From Candidatus Woesebacteria bacterium UBA1430 (GTDB taxonomy: Bacteria > Patescibacteriota > Microgenomatia > UBA8517): a DNA stretch of 45,634 nt. The notes below the pieces were generated by a model that ran no database searches, was not told the origin of the DNA, and saw nothing but the letters and a program-made list of their open reading frames with translations. The stretch is taken from the NCBI GenBank assembly GCA_002329465.1, contig DCTW01000009.1:2543-48176 (forward strand), read 5' to 3'. The position numbers and the translations under genes are program-made. Positions 1 to 10,293 of this stretch are shown piece after piece (position 1 is the stretch's first letter; the number at the start of each line of letters is the position of its first letter).

Positions 1-16
1 TTATATCAAAGAGAAG

Positions 17-1645
17 TTACATGCCACCCATATCGGGCATTCCGGGGGAAGATGGGCTTTCGTTTTTTTCTTCCGGAATATCTGTAACAAGAGCCTCTGT
101 GGTTAAAACCATCATAGCTACCGAGCCAGCGTTTTGGAGCGCCGAGCGGGCAACTTTAAGAGGATCCAGAAGACCAAAGTCAATCATCGAACCAAACTCC
201 CCGGTGAGTACATTGTAGCCATAATCAACGTTTTTATTTTCTTCAACCTTTTTAAGTACGTAGCCGTCATCTTCTCCTGCGTTTTTAACCAACCAACGAA
301 GCGGTTCCTCAAGAGCGTTTTTAACTATTTCAATACCTGTTTGCTCGTCTTTAATGCTGCTTGTTAAACTTAAAAGTGCTTTTCTTGACCTTAGGAATGC
401 AATTCCTCCACCCGGCACAATCCCCTCTTCAATTGCAGCCTTTGTAGCTCCAACCGCGTCTTTAACCCTTTCTTTTCTCTCGTTAAGCTCTATTTCTGTA
501 GCGGCCCCTACATTAATTTGTGCTACTCCACCTGTTAATTTTGCCAATCTTTCTTCAAGCTTTTCTTTATCAAAATCGCTGTCTGTTTCTTCGATTTGTC
601 TTTTAATAAGAGCTATCCTTGCTTTGATGTTTTCCGAAGCCCCTTTACCTCCAATAATTCTTGAGTTATCTTTATCTGCCCAGACTTTATCGGCTTGTCC
701 AAGATCGGTTACCTCGATTGACTCAAATGTTCTACCGGTATCTTCGGATATCACAACTCCTCCTGTTAAAACGGCGATATCTTCCAACATTTCTTTTCTT
801 CTATCACCGAATCCCGGTGCTTTAATGGCTAAAATATTGAATGTGCCGCGTAGCTTGTTTACTACTAACGTGGCAAGCGCTTCGCCTTCTATTTCGTCGG
901 CTATAATTACTAAATCCTTGCTTACTTTTACAAATTTTTCAAGAAACGGCAATAATTCTTGAATCGAAGAAATTTTTTTATCGGTAACTAAAATATAGGG
1001 ATTTTCTATTTCCGCCTCCATTTTTTCAGGATTTGTTACCAGGTATGCACTCGCGTAGCCTCTATCAAACTCCATTCCTTCCTTATATTCTATTTCTATG
1101 TTTAATCCCCTGCCTTCTTCTACGGTAACAACGCCATCTCTACCTACTTTCTCGAGAGCTTCAGCAATTTTTTTACCGATTTTCTCGTCTCCTGCAGACA
1201 CCGTTGCCACTTGCTCGATTTCTTCTTTGTTCTTAATGGGTTTGGCCATGCTTTTTAATTCCTTAACCGCTTCGGATATTGCTTTTTCCATGCCTTTTTT
1301 AACTATCATTGGATTTGCTCCTGCGGCAATATTTTTCATCCCCGACCGGGACATTACCTGTGCAAGAAGAGTTGAAGTTGTTGTTCCATCACCTGCTGCG
1401 TCGTTGGTTTTACTCGCCGCTTCTTTAACTATTTGCGCTCCCATATTTTGAAAAGGATCTTCAAGATCTATATCTTTAGCCACAGAGACGCCGTCGTGAA
1501 CAATGTTTGGAGCACCCCATTTTTTATCCAATGCTACGTTTCTTCCTTTTGGTCCGAGGGTTGTTACTACTGCCTTTGCCACTATATCTATTCCCTTCAT
1601 TAAGGATGTTCTTGCTTCGTCGCCAAATTTTAGTTGTTTTGCCAT
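17..1645 (-). CDS. groEL: Chaperonin GroEL
   Basis: AKQLKF start, [16 protein letters not shown] and GGM-type tail. ATG at 1645 preferred over the TTG at 1651. Confidence 0.98.
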   Translation of the reverse strand: MAKQLKFGDEARTSLMKGIDIVAKAVVTTLGPKGRNVALDKKWGAPNIVHDGVSVAKDIDLEDPFQNMGAQIVKEAASKTNDAAGDGTTTSTLLAQVMSRSGMKNIAAGANPMIVKKGMEKAISEAVKELKSMAKPIKNKEEIEQVATVSAGDEKIGKKIAEALEKVGRDGVVTVEEGRGLNIEIEYKEGMEFDRGYASAYLVTNPEKMEAEIENPYILVTDKKISSIQELLPFLEKFVKVSKDLVIIADEIEGEALATLVVNKLRGTFNILAIKAPGFGDRRKEMLEDIAVLTGGVVISEDTGRTFESIEVTDLGQADKVWADKDNSRIIGGKGASENIKARIALIKRQIEETDSDFDKEKLEERLAKLTGGVAQINVGAATEIELNERKERVKDAVGATKAAIEEGIVPGGGIAFLRSRKALLSLTSSIKDEQTGIEIVKNALEEPLRWLVKNAGEDDGYVLKKVEENKNVDYGYNVLTGEFGSMIDFGLLDPLKVARSALQNAGSVAMMVLTTEALVTDIPEEKNESPSSPGMPDMGGM

Positions 1646-1647
1646 AA

Positions 1648-1974
1648 TCAATTTTTTTCTATTGCAAGGATGTCTTCGAATTTTGCAAAAAGATATTCTT
1701 TTGTGTTTATTTTAACTTCCGTTCCACCCCATTTTTTATAAATAACAATGTCGTTTATTTTTGCCGGAGATGTTTTTTTAACCCCGGAGTCTGTTATTTC
1801 ATCGGGACCAATTGCCAACACCCTGCCCCTTTGAGGTTTTTCACCTTCTGCAGAATCCGGAAGGTATATACCCGAGCTGGTTTTGGTTTCTGCTTCAAAG
1901 GGTTCGATTATAAGATACCCTGCGGTTGGTTGAAGATTAAGATTTATTTTTTTTCTTTCTTTTTTCTTTGCCAT
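1648..1974 (-). CDS. groES: Co-chaperonin GroES
   Basis: [12 protein letters not shown] mobile loop, [14 protein letters not shown]; directly upstream of groEL. Confidence 0.97.
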   Translation of the reverse strand: MAKKKERKKINLNLQPTAGYLIIEPFEAETKTSSGIYLPDSAEGEKPQRGRVLAIGPDEITDSGVKKTSPAKINDIVIYKKWGGTEVKINTKEYLFAKFEDILAIEKN

Positions 1975-1986
1975 AACTATTTTTGA

Positions 1987-2014
1987 ATTATATTAATAAA
2001 AAGACACTTGTCAA
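1987..2014 (-). promoter_or_regulatory. Proximal sigma70-type promoter of groES-groEL
   Basis: Minus strand TTGACA (2014-2009), 16-nt spacer, TATAAT (1992-1987), 12 nt before the ATG. Confidence 0.75.
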
Positions 2015-2021
2015 GTATTTT

Positions 2022-2048
2022 TTAGCACTCTTTATTTGATAGTGCTTA
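2022..2048. promoter_or_regulatory. CIRCE element (HrcA operator)
   Basis: TTAGCACTC-N9-TAGTGCTTA versus consensus TTAGCACTC-N9-GAGTGCTAA, upstream of groES. Confidence 0.9.
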
Positions 2049-2056
2049 CGAAAGCT

Positions 2057-2086
2057 ATTTTAGAAAAAGGAGATACATGTTGTCAA
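2057..2086 (-). promoter_or_regulatory. Distal sigma70-type promoter of groES-groEL
   Basis: Minus strand TTGACA (2086-2081), 18-nt spacer, TAAAAT (2062-2057); the predicted start site abuts the CIRCE. Confidence 0.6.
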
Positions 2087-2102
2087 GAGCTACTTTCTTT
2101 TT

Positions 2103-2933
2103 TTAGCCGAGTCTTTTAAGTACTTTAATTGACAGATCATTCGGATGAAAAAATGCTTGAAAAAGGGTAGTTTTTTCGTTTGTATGCTTTGGTTTCATAT
2201 AAAAGAGCTGGGCTTTAAAAAACAGTTTGTTTAAAAATTTAATTAAGAAACAGGTGTTTTTTTTATTTAATTCGGGCTTACCAGAAAAAGTTTTGCTTAA
2301 ATTAACTGCATTTGGCCAATAGTTTAATATCCAACTATTGGCATAAATAAGCTCAGAGAAAATATTGCCTTTGTCAACAAGCGGTTTAATTTGAGCTAGC
2401 TCGTGGGCTGTATATATATTTTTTTTATTTATTTTTAGATTTAATTCGTCCATCCAAATATTTAGACAGAGCTTATTGTTTTCGATACTATCATTTGGGT
2501 GTCTTACTTTTGTGCGCGTAATTAGAAGCAGTAGATAAACAAACAGTCTTGTTATCCAAAGAGTATGTGATTTTGTTACAAGTATAAAATCTATGTCGGA
2601 ATCTATTTTACAATTATTCATAGCAAGAGATCCGGTAATACCGATAAATTTTACTGTCGGTATTTTGGCTATTAACAAGGCTTTTTTTTGAGCAATTGAA
2701 AATTTTTTTTTCGAATACCTTGCTCTATTGAGCCTTTTTTTAACAAGTTTTTTTCGTCCTTTAAGAAAATAATAGCCGTCCGAGAAATCTATGTTGACAC
2801 CCTTTTTGGAAATAATATTTCCGGCGAGCCACTTGTTTAGTTCTTCACTGGTTAGAGGATAATCAAAGATATTGTGATAAAGAAGCGAGAAAAGCTTTTT
2901 TTGAGACAGCATCTTTTTAATTTGCGGGGACAA
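2103..2933 (-). CDS. Pol-beta-superfamily nucleotidyltransferase-domain protein
   Basis: ITGSLAMNNCKIDSDIDFILV matches the hG[GS]x9-13DhD motif. Confidence 0.75.
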   Translation of the reverse strand: MSPQIKKMLSQKKLFSLLYHNIFDYPLTSEELNKWLAGNIISKKGVNIDFSDGYYFLKGRKKLVKKRLNRARYSKKKFSIAQKKALLIAKIPTVKFIGITGSLAMNNCKIDSDIDFILVTKSHTLWITRLFVYLLLLITRTKVRHPNDSIENNKLCLNIWMDELNLKINKKNIYTAHELAQIKPLVDKGNIFSELIYANSWILNYWPNAVNLSKTFSGKPELNKKNTCFLIKFLNKLFFKAQLFYMKPKHTNEKTTLFQAFFHPNDLSIKVLKRLG

Positions 2934-4461
2934 CGGGCGGAGCTATTAATTGATAATCCGAAAGTACTGTTTGTACACCTATTGATAAAGTTTGCATGTC
3001 TTTGTCTGTTAATTGTGATGAAAGCGCTTTGTTTATTGCATCTTCGAAGTATCCGCTCAATCGAGAATTTATCCCGGTTTTGCCGTCGAATGTTCGCGAG
3101 GCTAAGTACCAGCTCTTTGCGTCTGGGGCTAGTTTAATTATTCCACCCAAAACAGGATCGTTTAGGAGTGAGTCATACATATCACGCCTTGGGTACGGTT
3201 CACCAAACCTTCTTGCGGCTGAGCTTTGTGTTGCGCTTTGGTAGAATTTTTGTAGAGTTTCTTTCTCGGATAGGAATTTTATGAATTTCCAAGCCTCATC
3301 TTGATTTTGACTTTCATTCCACACAGACTCTATCCAATATGTCGCATAAGTCATGTCTTTTTCGGAGGGGTCGCTTTTGGGAAGCTGTGGAACGGGAACG
3401 ACTTTAAATTTGAGATTTGGGTTTTGATTGATTATTTCTATGGCCCGCCAAGACGGACCAAAATACATTGCTAGTTTACCGCTGGCAAAATAAACAGTAG
3501 AGGGCGGGAGCGTATCGTCCCAAATTTTGTAGTCTCTTGAGACAGAAGCAAACCAATCGATTGCTCCTTGAGTTCTTTGATCAACCGGTTTATTCAAATC
3601 TGCTCCATTTTGAAGCATCATTAACGCAAGGATTTCCTGCCAGTGATCGACATTTTTTGCATTTCCCAGAGCCACCCCAGCCTGTGTTATAAATCCGTTT
3701 TCGTTTTTTATGGTTAATGCTACGGCAGTATCTCTTAATTCATCCCAGGTTTCGGGTATCGGTCTTGCATAAGTTGAGAATATTTCTTCATTAATAAACA
3801 AGCCTAATCCGTCGTACATAAGCGGTATTCCTAAAAAGCCGGATTCAGAACTGAGATCGTCAACTGCTACCGGAAAAAAAATTTGCTGAAATTCTGCCTG
3901 TGAATATACGCTTGACGGGACTGTCGAAAGCTTGCTTTTGAACATTGGGATCCAAGAATTGTGTATCCTCATTATGTCCGGCCCTTCGCCTTTATCGAGA
4001 GAGTTTCGTAGCCTATCCCTATAATCTTCTTTTGACTGAGATACATAATTAATTTTGATGTTGGGATTTTCCCGCTCCCATTCTTCAATTATTGGAGAAA
4101 CAATTGTTTCATCCTCCCACAATCCCCACCAAGTCAAGGTAACTTCTTTTCCTCCACTGCCTCCGAGGAAAGAGGGTAAAAATTTATAAATGGCAAATCC
4201 TAATACTATTATTAAAAAAGCTACCAGTATTAATATTGAAACTGTTTTTAAGATGCCTCCTTTTTTGGAATTGGCGGCTTGGGATTGAGTGTTTTGATTG
4301 GGTGGTGCTGGAGGTTGGGGCGGCGGTTGTTGCGATAAATCATTTTTCGGCAATACCGGTTCTGGCGGAGGTGGAGGAGGTGGTGCAAAATCCGAAGATG
4401 TTGAGCTCTGAAAAACAGGAAACTGCTGACTGTCTTTTTGGATATTTGAATCTTGTCTCAT
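2917..4461 (-). CDS. Membrane-anchored sugar-type extracellular solute-binding protein (family 1) with Pro/Gln-rich N-terminal tail
   Basis: Single TM, then VTLTWWGLWE, GEGPDI, PETWDEL, FASGKLAMYFGPSW and AWKFIKFL. Confidence 0.88.
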   Translation of the reverse strand: MRQDSNIQKDSQQFPVFQSSTSSDFAPPPPPPPEPVLPKNDLSQQPPPQPPAPPNQNTQSQAANSKKGGILKTVSILILVAFLIIVLGFAIYKFLPSFLGGSGGKEVTLTWWGLWEDETIVSPIIEEWERENPNIKINYVSQSKEDYRDRLRNSLDKGEGPDIMRIHNSWIPMFKSKLSTVPSSVYSQAEFQQIFFPVAVDDLSSESGFLGIPLMYDGLGLFINEEIFSTYARPIPETWDELRDTAVALTIKNENGFITQAGVALGNAKNVDHWQEILALMMLQNGADLNKPVDQRTQGAIDWFASVSRDYKIWDDTLPPSTVYFASGKLAMYFGPSWRAIEIINQNPNLKFKVVPVPQLPKSDPSEKDMTYATYWIESVWNESQNQDEAWKFIKFLSEKETLQKFYQSATQSSAARRFGEPYPRRDMYDSLLNDPVLGGIIKLAPDAKSWYLASRTFDGKTGINSRLSGYFEDAINKALSSQLTDKDMQTLSIGVQTVLSDYQLIAPPVVPAN

Positions 4462-4499
4462 AAGAGTATTATTCCTATTTAAATGATATCATACAAAGT

Positions 4500-6251
4500 A
4501 TGAAGAATGTGGTAAAGCATCTAAAGTTTCTTTTGTTTGTTAGTTTGTTTCTTAGTATTTTAACTATTGGTGCTTTATGGTATTTTTTTGTCAAGTATCA
4601 CGGAAGGATTTATCCTAATATTTCAGTGTCGGGTGTCTATGTGGGCGGTCTTACAATGGTTGAGGCAAAATCCAAAATTGGGAAGGCTTTTATTATTCCT
4701 GAAAATATAGAGCTTGTTTACTTATCGGATGGTGAAAAAAAATTCATGCTTAATACTGCTGAAATAGAGTTTAAATATGATTACAATGATGCCTTAGAAA
4801 ATGCTTATAAAACCGGAAGGAGCAGCAGAATTTTTCGCGATATTTATACAGTTATTAATGCTTTTAAAAAACCTGTTGGATATGAAATCGGGTTGATTTA
4901 TAATTCCAAGCTTTTGAAAGAGCGACTTTCCGCCATATCGGCTCAGATATCAGAGGAGCCAGCGTATCCGAGCGCAGAGCTGATCTCGGGCAATGTTGTT
5001 ATAAACAAAGGCCTACCCGGATATGAGCTTGATGTCGCCGAGGTTGAACGGCTTATTGTGTCTAAAACTAAGAGCGGGGATTTTTCTCCTGTTTTTTTAG
5101 TTCCAAAATTAATTGATCCCAGTTTGGATGAGCTTTCCGCTTCGCTTTTTAAGGCACGTGTTGAGAAGATGCTTACTAAGAGCGTTGTTTCAAAACATGA
5201 ATCTATGGAATTTAAATATGAGGGCGCAAATTTTTTACCTTTTCTTAACCCCAGCGGAGGATATTTTACGGATAAAATAGACGACGAGCTTGAAAAAATT
5301 ATAGACAAAGTAAACCGTCCAGCGCAAAACCCAACCTTTGTTTTCAACGAGGGAAGGGTTGAAGAATTTACGCCGGCAAAGGAGGGTGTTGTTGTAATAC
5401 AGGATGATTTCAAAAATGCTTTTGTTGGTGCACTTAAAAAAGTCGAGAGCGAGGATATTTCTGCTGTACAAATAGATATTCCAGTATTAAAAACGGATCC
5501 GGAGTTTAAAACAGAAGACGTAAATAATTTGGGGATAAAAGAATTAATCGGAAGAGGATCCTCGCGATTTAGAGGATCTATAACTTCCAGGGTGCACAAT
5601 ATTAACCTTGCAGCAAGCAAGCTAAACGGATTGTTAATCAGGCCCGGCGACGTCTTTTCGTTTAACAGTGCTCTTGGTGATGTTTCAAAATTTACCGGCT
5701 ATAAAGAAGCTTATGTTATTAAAGATGGAAAAACAGTGCTTGGTGATGGCGGGGGCGTTTGTCAGGTCTCAACCACTCTTTTTAGGGCAGCCCTTAACGC
5801 AGGACTTCCGATAATTGAACGCCGTGCACATTCATACCGAGTAGGATATTATGAACAAGATTCAGGCCCGGGACTTGATGCTACGGTTTATGATCCCACC
5901 ACGGATCTAAAAATAAAAAACGACACACCCGGACATATTTTAATTCAAGCAAGCGCGGATGTAACAAACTATAGTTTGGTTTTTGAATTATACGGAACAA
6001 GCGACGGGAGAATCGCCGAGGTGTCAAAACCTGATATTACGGATTCGACTCCTCCACCGGAAGACTTGTATGTAGATGAGCCTACTCTTCCCCAGGGAGA
6101 GGTAAAACAAATTGAATTTAAAGCTTGGGGTGCTCGTGTAAATTTTGATTATACTGTAACCAGAGGAGAAGAAATCATTTTTGAAAAAACTTTTTATTCA
6201 AATTACAAACCCTGGCAAGCCGTTTTTCTTAGAGGTACGGGACCAAATTAA
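4500..6251 (+). CDS. VanW-family protein with N-terminal TM and YoaR-like peptidoglycan-binding repeats
   Basis: RVHNINLAA, FSFNSALG, GGGVCQVSTTLFRAAL, ERRAHSY, GLDATVY. Confidence 0.9.
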   Translation: MKNVVKHLKFLLFVSLFLSILTIGALWYFFVKYHGRIYPNISVSGVYVGGLTMVEAKSKIGKAFIIPENIELVYLSDGEKKFMLNTAEIEFKYDYNDALENAYKTGRSSRIFRDIYTVINAFKKPVGYEIGLIYNSKLLKERLSAISAQISEEPAYPSAELISGNVVINKGLPGYELDVAEVERLIVSKTKSGDFSPVFLVPKLIDPSLDELSASLFKARVEKMLTKSVVSKHESMEFKYEGANFLPFLNPSGGYFTDKIDDELEKIIDKVNRPAQNPTFVFNEGRVEEFTPAKEGVVVIQDDFKNAFVGALKKVESEDISAVQIDIPVLKTDPEFKTEDVNNLGIKELIGRGSSRFRGSITSRVHNINLAASKLNGLLIRPGDVFSFNSALGDVSKFTGYKEAYVIKDGKTVLGDGGGVCQVSTTLFRAALNAGLPIIERRAHSYRVGYYEQDSGPGLDATVYDPTTDLKIKNDTPGHILIQASADVTNYSLVFELYGTSDGRIAEVSKPDITDSTPPPEDLYVDEPTLPQGEVKQIEFKAWGARVNFDYTVTRGEEIIFEKTFYSNYKPWQAVFLRGTGPN

Positions 6252-6257
6252 CTAAAA

Positions 6258-6878
6258 ATGGATACTATTGAATTATTAAACAAATTTGAAGACGTTTACG
6301 AAACTTACGGATATATAATTATATTTATAACCAGTTTTATCGAGTCGTCTCCTTTTGGATGGATGACACCGGGAGGGTTTGTGCTTGCAGGAGGGGGTTT
6401 TTATGCGTTTGACAATTCAGTTAATCTTTTTTTGGTAATTTTATCGGGAATGGCGGGCACTTGGGGAGCAATTTGCGCTGCTTATTATTTGGGCATGAAG
6501 ATTGATAGAAAAAAAATTAATAAAAAACACCAAAGAAAAAGGTTTTTGAGTGCAAAAAAAATTGTTGAAAAGGGTGGTGGAGTTATTCTTATTACCTCAC
6601 TGACTTCAAACGTAACTCGGTTTTGGGTTTCTTTAGCTGCCGGAGCAAGGCGCTACCATAGTAAAAAATTTTTGCTATATTCTTTTGTTTCTTCTGCTTT
6701 CTGGGTGCTTCTTTGGACTTTCTCTGGATATTTTGTGGGCGGAGAAAGAAAAAATTTTGAAAAGGTTATTGCAAGGCTTCAAATAACTACTTGGTTACTA
6801 CTTGGCATTGCGCTTCTAGCTTTTGCTTGGGCGTACAAAAAAGAACATGAAGATACTTGGAATAGAGACCAGTTGTGA
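6258..6878 (+). CDS. DedA-family membrane protein
   Basis: YGYIIIFITSFIES..FGWMTPG, YYLG, RFWVSLAAG and FLLYSFVSSAFW pattern. Confidence 0.85.
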   Translation: MDTIELLNKFEDVYETYGYIIIFITSFIESSPFGWMTPGGFVLAGGGFYAFDNSVNLFLVILSGMAGTWGAICAAYYLGMKIDRKKINKKHQRKRFLSAKKIVEKGGGVILITSLTSNVTRFWVSLAAGARRYHSKKFLLYSFVSSAFWVLLWTFSGYFVGGERKNFEKVIARLQITTWLLLGIALLAFAWAYKKEHEDTWNRDQL

Positions 6879-7914
6879 TGAAACCGCCTGCAGCGTAGTT
6901 GAAAACGGAACTCGTGTTTTGGCTGAGAGTGTTACAAGCAGTCAAAAAATGCACGCGGCTACTGGCGGCATAATACCCGAGAATGCCGCGCGCGAGCAAA
7001 TTAAAGCTATTCTTCCTGTAATTAGCGGGTGTGCGGATACTGAGTTTTTAAAAGAAGAAATTGATGCAATTGCCGTAACGATCGGCCCTGGGCTAATAGG
7101 GTCGCTTCTTGTCGGCGTAGAAACTGCAAAGGTGCTTTCGTACATTTATAACAAACCGATCATCCCCGTTAACCACCTTATAGGACATATCTATTCTAAT
7201 TTCATTTTAGAAGAATATCAAAACGGTAGAATTATTACGTACAAAAACAATCCGCCTTCTTTTCCAATCGTTGCAATGATCGTAAGCGGAGGACATACAG
7301 AGCTTGCTTATATGGCTGGGCATGCTTCTTTGAAAAAAAGTACGATACAAGTTCTTGGAGGTACAAGAGATGACGCTGCAGGCGAAGCATTTGACAAAAC
7401 GGCGCGTATTCTTGGTCTTCCCTATCCCGGAGGTGTTTCTATATCAAAAGCGTCTTTTAAATTCAGGCGTAACAACCCAGGAGTAGATTATAAACTTTTT
7501 CCAAGACCAATGATTAATGAGAGTAATTATGATTTTAGCTTTTCAGGGCTTAAAACAGCGGTTTTAAATGAAATAAAAAAAAGTAAAATAAGTCTTTCAA
7601 ATGCCATAGTTGGACGACTTGCCGCTGAAATCGAAGAGGCCATAACCGATGTTCTTATTAAAAAGGCCTTAACGGCGATTGAAGAATTTAAACCGAAATC
7701 GTTTCTTCTTTCCGGAGGTGTTTCGGCAAATTTACGTCTTCGGGAAAAATTTGGAGAAAATTTTGAAAAACACGCCTTGTGGACTGCCTTACACGTTCCT
7801 GTACCAAAGTTTTGTACAGATAACGCTTCATTTATCGCTGCGGCGGCGTACTACAACAGGACTTATGTTGACTGGCGAAACGTTAAAGCCCTTCCCCAGC
7901 TTGGAATAGAATGA
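6847..7914 (+). CDS. tsaD: tRNA N6-threonylcarbamoyltransferase TsaD
   Basis: MKILGIETSCDET, GPGLIGSL, NHLIGH, VSGGHT, DDAAGEAFDK, FSFSGLKT, CTDNA. Start moved to ATG 6847. Confidence 0.97.
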   Translation: MKILGIETSCDETACSVVENGTRVLAESVTSSQKMHAATGGIIPENAAREQIKAILPVISGCADTEFLKEEIDAIAVTIGPGLIGSLLVGVETAKVLSYIYNKPIIPVNHLIGHIYSNFILEEYQNGRIITYKNNPPSFPIVAMIVSGGHTELAYMAGHASLKKSTIQVLGGTRDDAAGEAFDKTARILGLPYPGGVSISKASFKFRRNNPGVDYKLFPRPMINESNYDFSFSGLKTAVLNEIKKSKISLSNAIVGRLAAEIEEAITDVLIKKALTAIEEFKPKSFLLSGGVSANLRLREKFGENFEKHALWTALHVPVPKFCTDNASFIAAAAYYNRTYVDWRNVKALPQLGIE

Positions 7915-7937
7915 TATATCAATTATAATTCAGTTTA

Positions 7938-10055
7938 ATGGAAAGCCGATTCGATCATTTAAAATATGAGAGGGGGATTTATAAGTCTTGGGAGAAAGGG
8001 GGATTTTTTATTCCCAAAAAAAGAACGCGCGGCACGCTTCCCTATTCAATAATAATGCCGCCACCAAACGCCAATGACGATCTTCACGTCGGGCATGCAA
8101 GGTTCTTAACTATACAGGATATTTTGGTTAGATTTTATAGAATGCGCGGATATTCGGTCCTTTGGCTTCCCGGCGCAGATCATGCGGGAATTGAAACCCA
8201 ATATGTTTTTGAAAAAAAGCTTTCCGTTGAAGGCAAGAGTCGGTTTGATTACAGCAGGGACGAACTTTTTGAAAGCCTTATGAAATACACGCTTAACTAC
8301 AAAGGCATTATGGAAAATCAAATTCGCGCAATTGGGTGTTCTTGTGATTGGACCAAGTCTAAATTTACCCTTGATAAGGATATTATTAATATTGTTTATA
8401 AAACTTTTAAAAAGCTTTACGATGACGGACTTGTTTATAGGGGTGAAACCACGGTTAATTATTGCACTAAATGCGGAACGGCGTTTTCTCAACTTGAAGT
8501 AAACCACTCCGAAGAAGAGGGTGTTCTTTATACAATAGACTATGGATCCATTAAAATTTCTACCACAAGACCTGAGACTATTTTTGCAGACAGCGCGGTT
8601 TGCGTAAATCCGAAAGACGAAAGATATAAAAAGTATGTAGGCCGGGAGGCATTAATACCTATTGTTAATCGCAAGATACCTATTATTGCCGACCGAGATG
8701 TTGATATGGAATTTGGGACAGGCGCTCTTAAGGTCACTCCCGCCCACGATTTCACAGATTTTGAAATAGGTAAGAGACACAAGCTTTCATATATCTCGGT
8801 AATCGGCATAGATGGAAGAATGATTAATGTACCGACTAAATATGTGGGCAAGAAAGTTCTGTCTGCTCGCGAGATGATTATCAACGATCTAAAAAAAGAA
8901 GGTAAGATTGTTAGCGAGAAAAAAATTCTCCATGTAGTAGGCAGGTGCTATAGGTGCAACAGCTTAATTGAACCAACGGTTCTTAAGCAGTGGTTTATCA
9001 AAGCTGACAAGCTTTCCGCGCTTGCTCTTTCTGCTATTAATCAAAAACAAACAAAGTTTGATGTTAAAAAGTATGAAAAAACAGCTAAACATTGGCTTAA
9101 AAATTTAAAAGATTGGAACGTCAGCCGGCAAATTGTTTGGGGTATTCAAATACCCGCCTGGAGGTGCAACAAATGCATGGAATGGATCATAACGGATGGA
9201 GAGGCCCCCTCTTCATGTCCAAAATGTGGCCATACAGAACTAAAAAGAGACCCGGATACTTTTGATACATGGTTTTCAAGCGGACAGTGGCCTTTTGCTA
9301 CACTTTTGAGTCTTGATAAATCAAACAAAAATGACTTTTCTTATTTTGATTATTATTATCCAACTAGTGTTATGGAAACGGCTTATGACATTATTCCTTT
9401 TTGGGTTATTAGAATGATTATGCTTGGAATTTATGCTACGGGTAACGTCCCATTTAAGCGCGTTCTTATACACGGTCTTGTAAGAGACGGTCAGGGACAA
9501 AAGATCAGCAAATCAAAAGGCAATGTAATTAATCCGCTTGTAATGATCGAAAAGTATGGTGCAGATGCGCTTCGCTCCGGATTAATTTGGGGTGCGTTGG
9601 TTGAAAACGACATATCTTTATCTGAAGAAAAGATCCGGGCACAGCGAAATTTTGCCAACAAGATTTGGAACATTGCCCGCTATATTAATCAGGGTGCAAG
9701 CGGAGTTAAGACTAGATCAAGAGCTCCAAAATCCAATCTAGAAGCCGATGCCAAAATTATTAAAGAGCTTAAAAACACAGCCCGTAGTATAACAAGGCTT
9801 ATTGAAAAACACAGATTAAACGAAGCCATTGAAGAGCTATATAATTTTATATGGAAAAGCTTTGCGAGCGAATATCTGGAGTCAACCAAAACAAGGCGCG
9901 AGGAATCACAAAAAATTCTTGAATTCGTACTTCAAGAATCTTTAAAGCTTGTTCACCCTTTTATGCCTTTTGTTTCGGAGGCAATATGGGGAGAGGTTTT
10001 TGGCGATAAGAAAAAGGGCCTGCTTATTGAACAAAGATGGCCTGTAAATCTATAA
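7938..10055 (+). CDS. valS: Valine--tRNA ligase (short form)
   Basis: PPPN..LHVGH (HIGH), PGADHAGIETQ, TTRPET, DWNVSRQIVWG, DTWFSSGQWP, KISKS. Confidence 0.95.
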   Translation: MESRFDHLKYERGIYKSWEKGGFFIPKKRTRGTLPYSIIMPPPNANDDLHVGHARFLTIQDILVRFYRMRGYSVLWLPGADHAGIETQYVFEKKLSVEGKSRFDYSRDELFESLMKYTLNYKGIMENQIRAIGCSCDWTKSKFTLDKDIINIVYKTFKKLYDDGLVYRGETTVNYCTKCGTAFSQLEVNHSEEEGVLYTIDYGSIKISTTRPETIFADSAVCVNPKDERYKKYVGREALIPIVNRKIPIIADRDVDMEFGTGALKVTPAHDFTDFEIGKRHKLSYISVIGIDGRMINVPTKYVGKKVLSAREMIINDLKKEGKIVSEKKILHVVGRCYRCNSLIEPTVLKQWFIKADKLSALALSAINQKQTKFDVKKYEKTAKHWLKNLKDWNVSRQIVWGIQIPAWRCNKCMEWIITDGEAPSSCPKCGHTELKRDPDTFDTWFSSGQWPFATLLSLDKSNKNDFSYFDYYYPTSVMETAYDIIPFWVIRMIMLGIYATGNVPFKRVLIHGLVRDGQGQKISKSKGNVINPLVMIEKYGADALRSGLIWGALVENDISLSEEKIRAQRNFANKIWNIARYINQGASGVKTRSRAPKSNLEADAKIIKELKNTARSITRLIEKHRLNEAIEELYNFIWKSFASEYLESTKTRREESQKILEFVLQESLKLVHPFMPFVSEAIWGEVFGDKKKGLLIEQRWPVNL

Positions 10056-10062
10056 ATTTACT

Positions 10063-10293
10063 ATGGCAAAAAAAATACAGCGCGAAAACACTAAATACAA
10101 GGCTTTATTTTGGTCAATTATAATTAGTCTTTTGGTACTAAGCTTGATAAATTTTATCGGCATTGCGGTTTATAAGAATAGAATTAAAACGCTTGATGAA
10201 TATCAATATGAGTATTGGAGGGACGTTGTCCAAAAATATCCACAATATGAGGATGGGCTGACTGAATTAAGAAAGCTTCGATACAAATTTTAA
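10063..10293 (+). CDS. Small single-TM hypothetical protein
   Basis: ATG 7 nt after the valS stop; one hydrophobic helix and a helical C-terminus. Confidence 0.65.
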   Translation: MAKKIQRENTKYKALFWSIIISLLVLSLINFIGIAVYKNRIKTLDEYQYEYWRDVVQKYPQYEDGLTELRKLRYKF

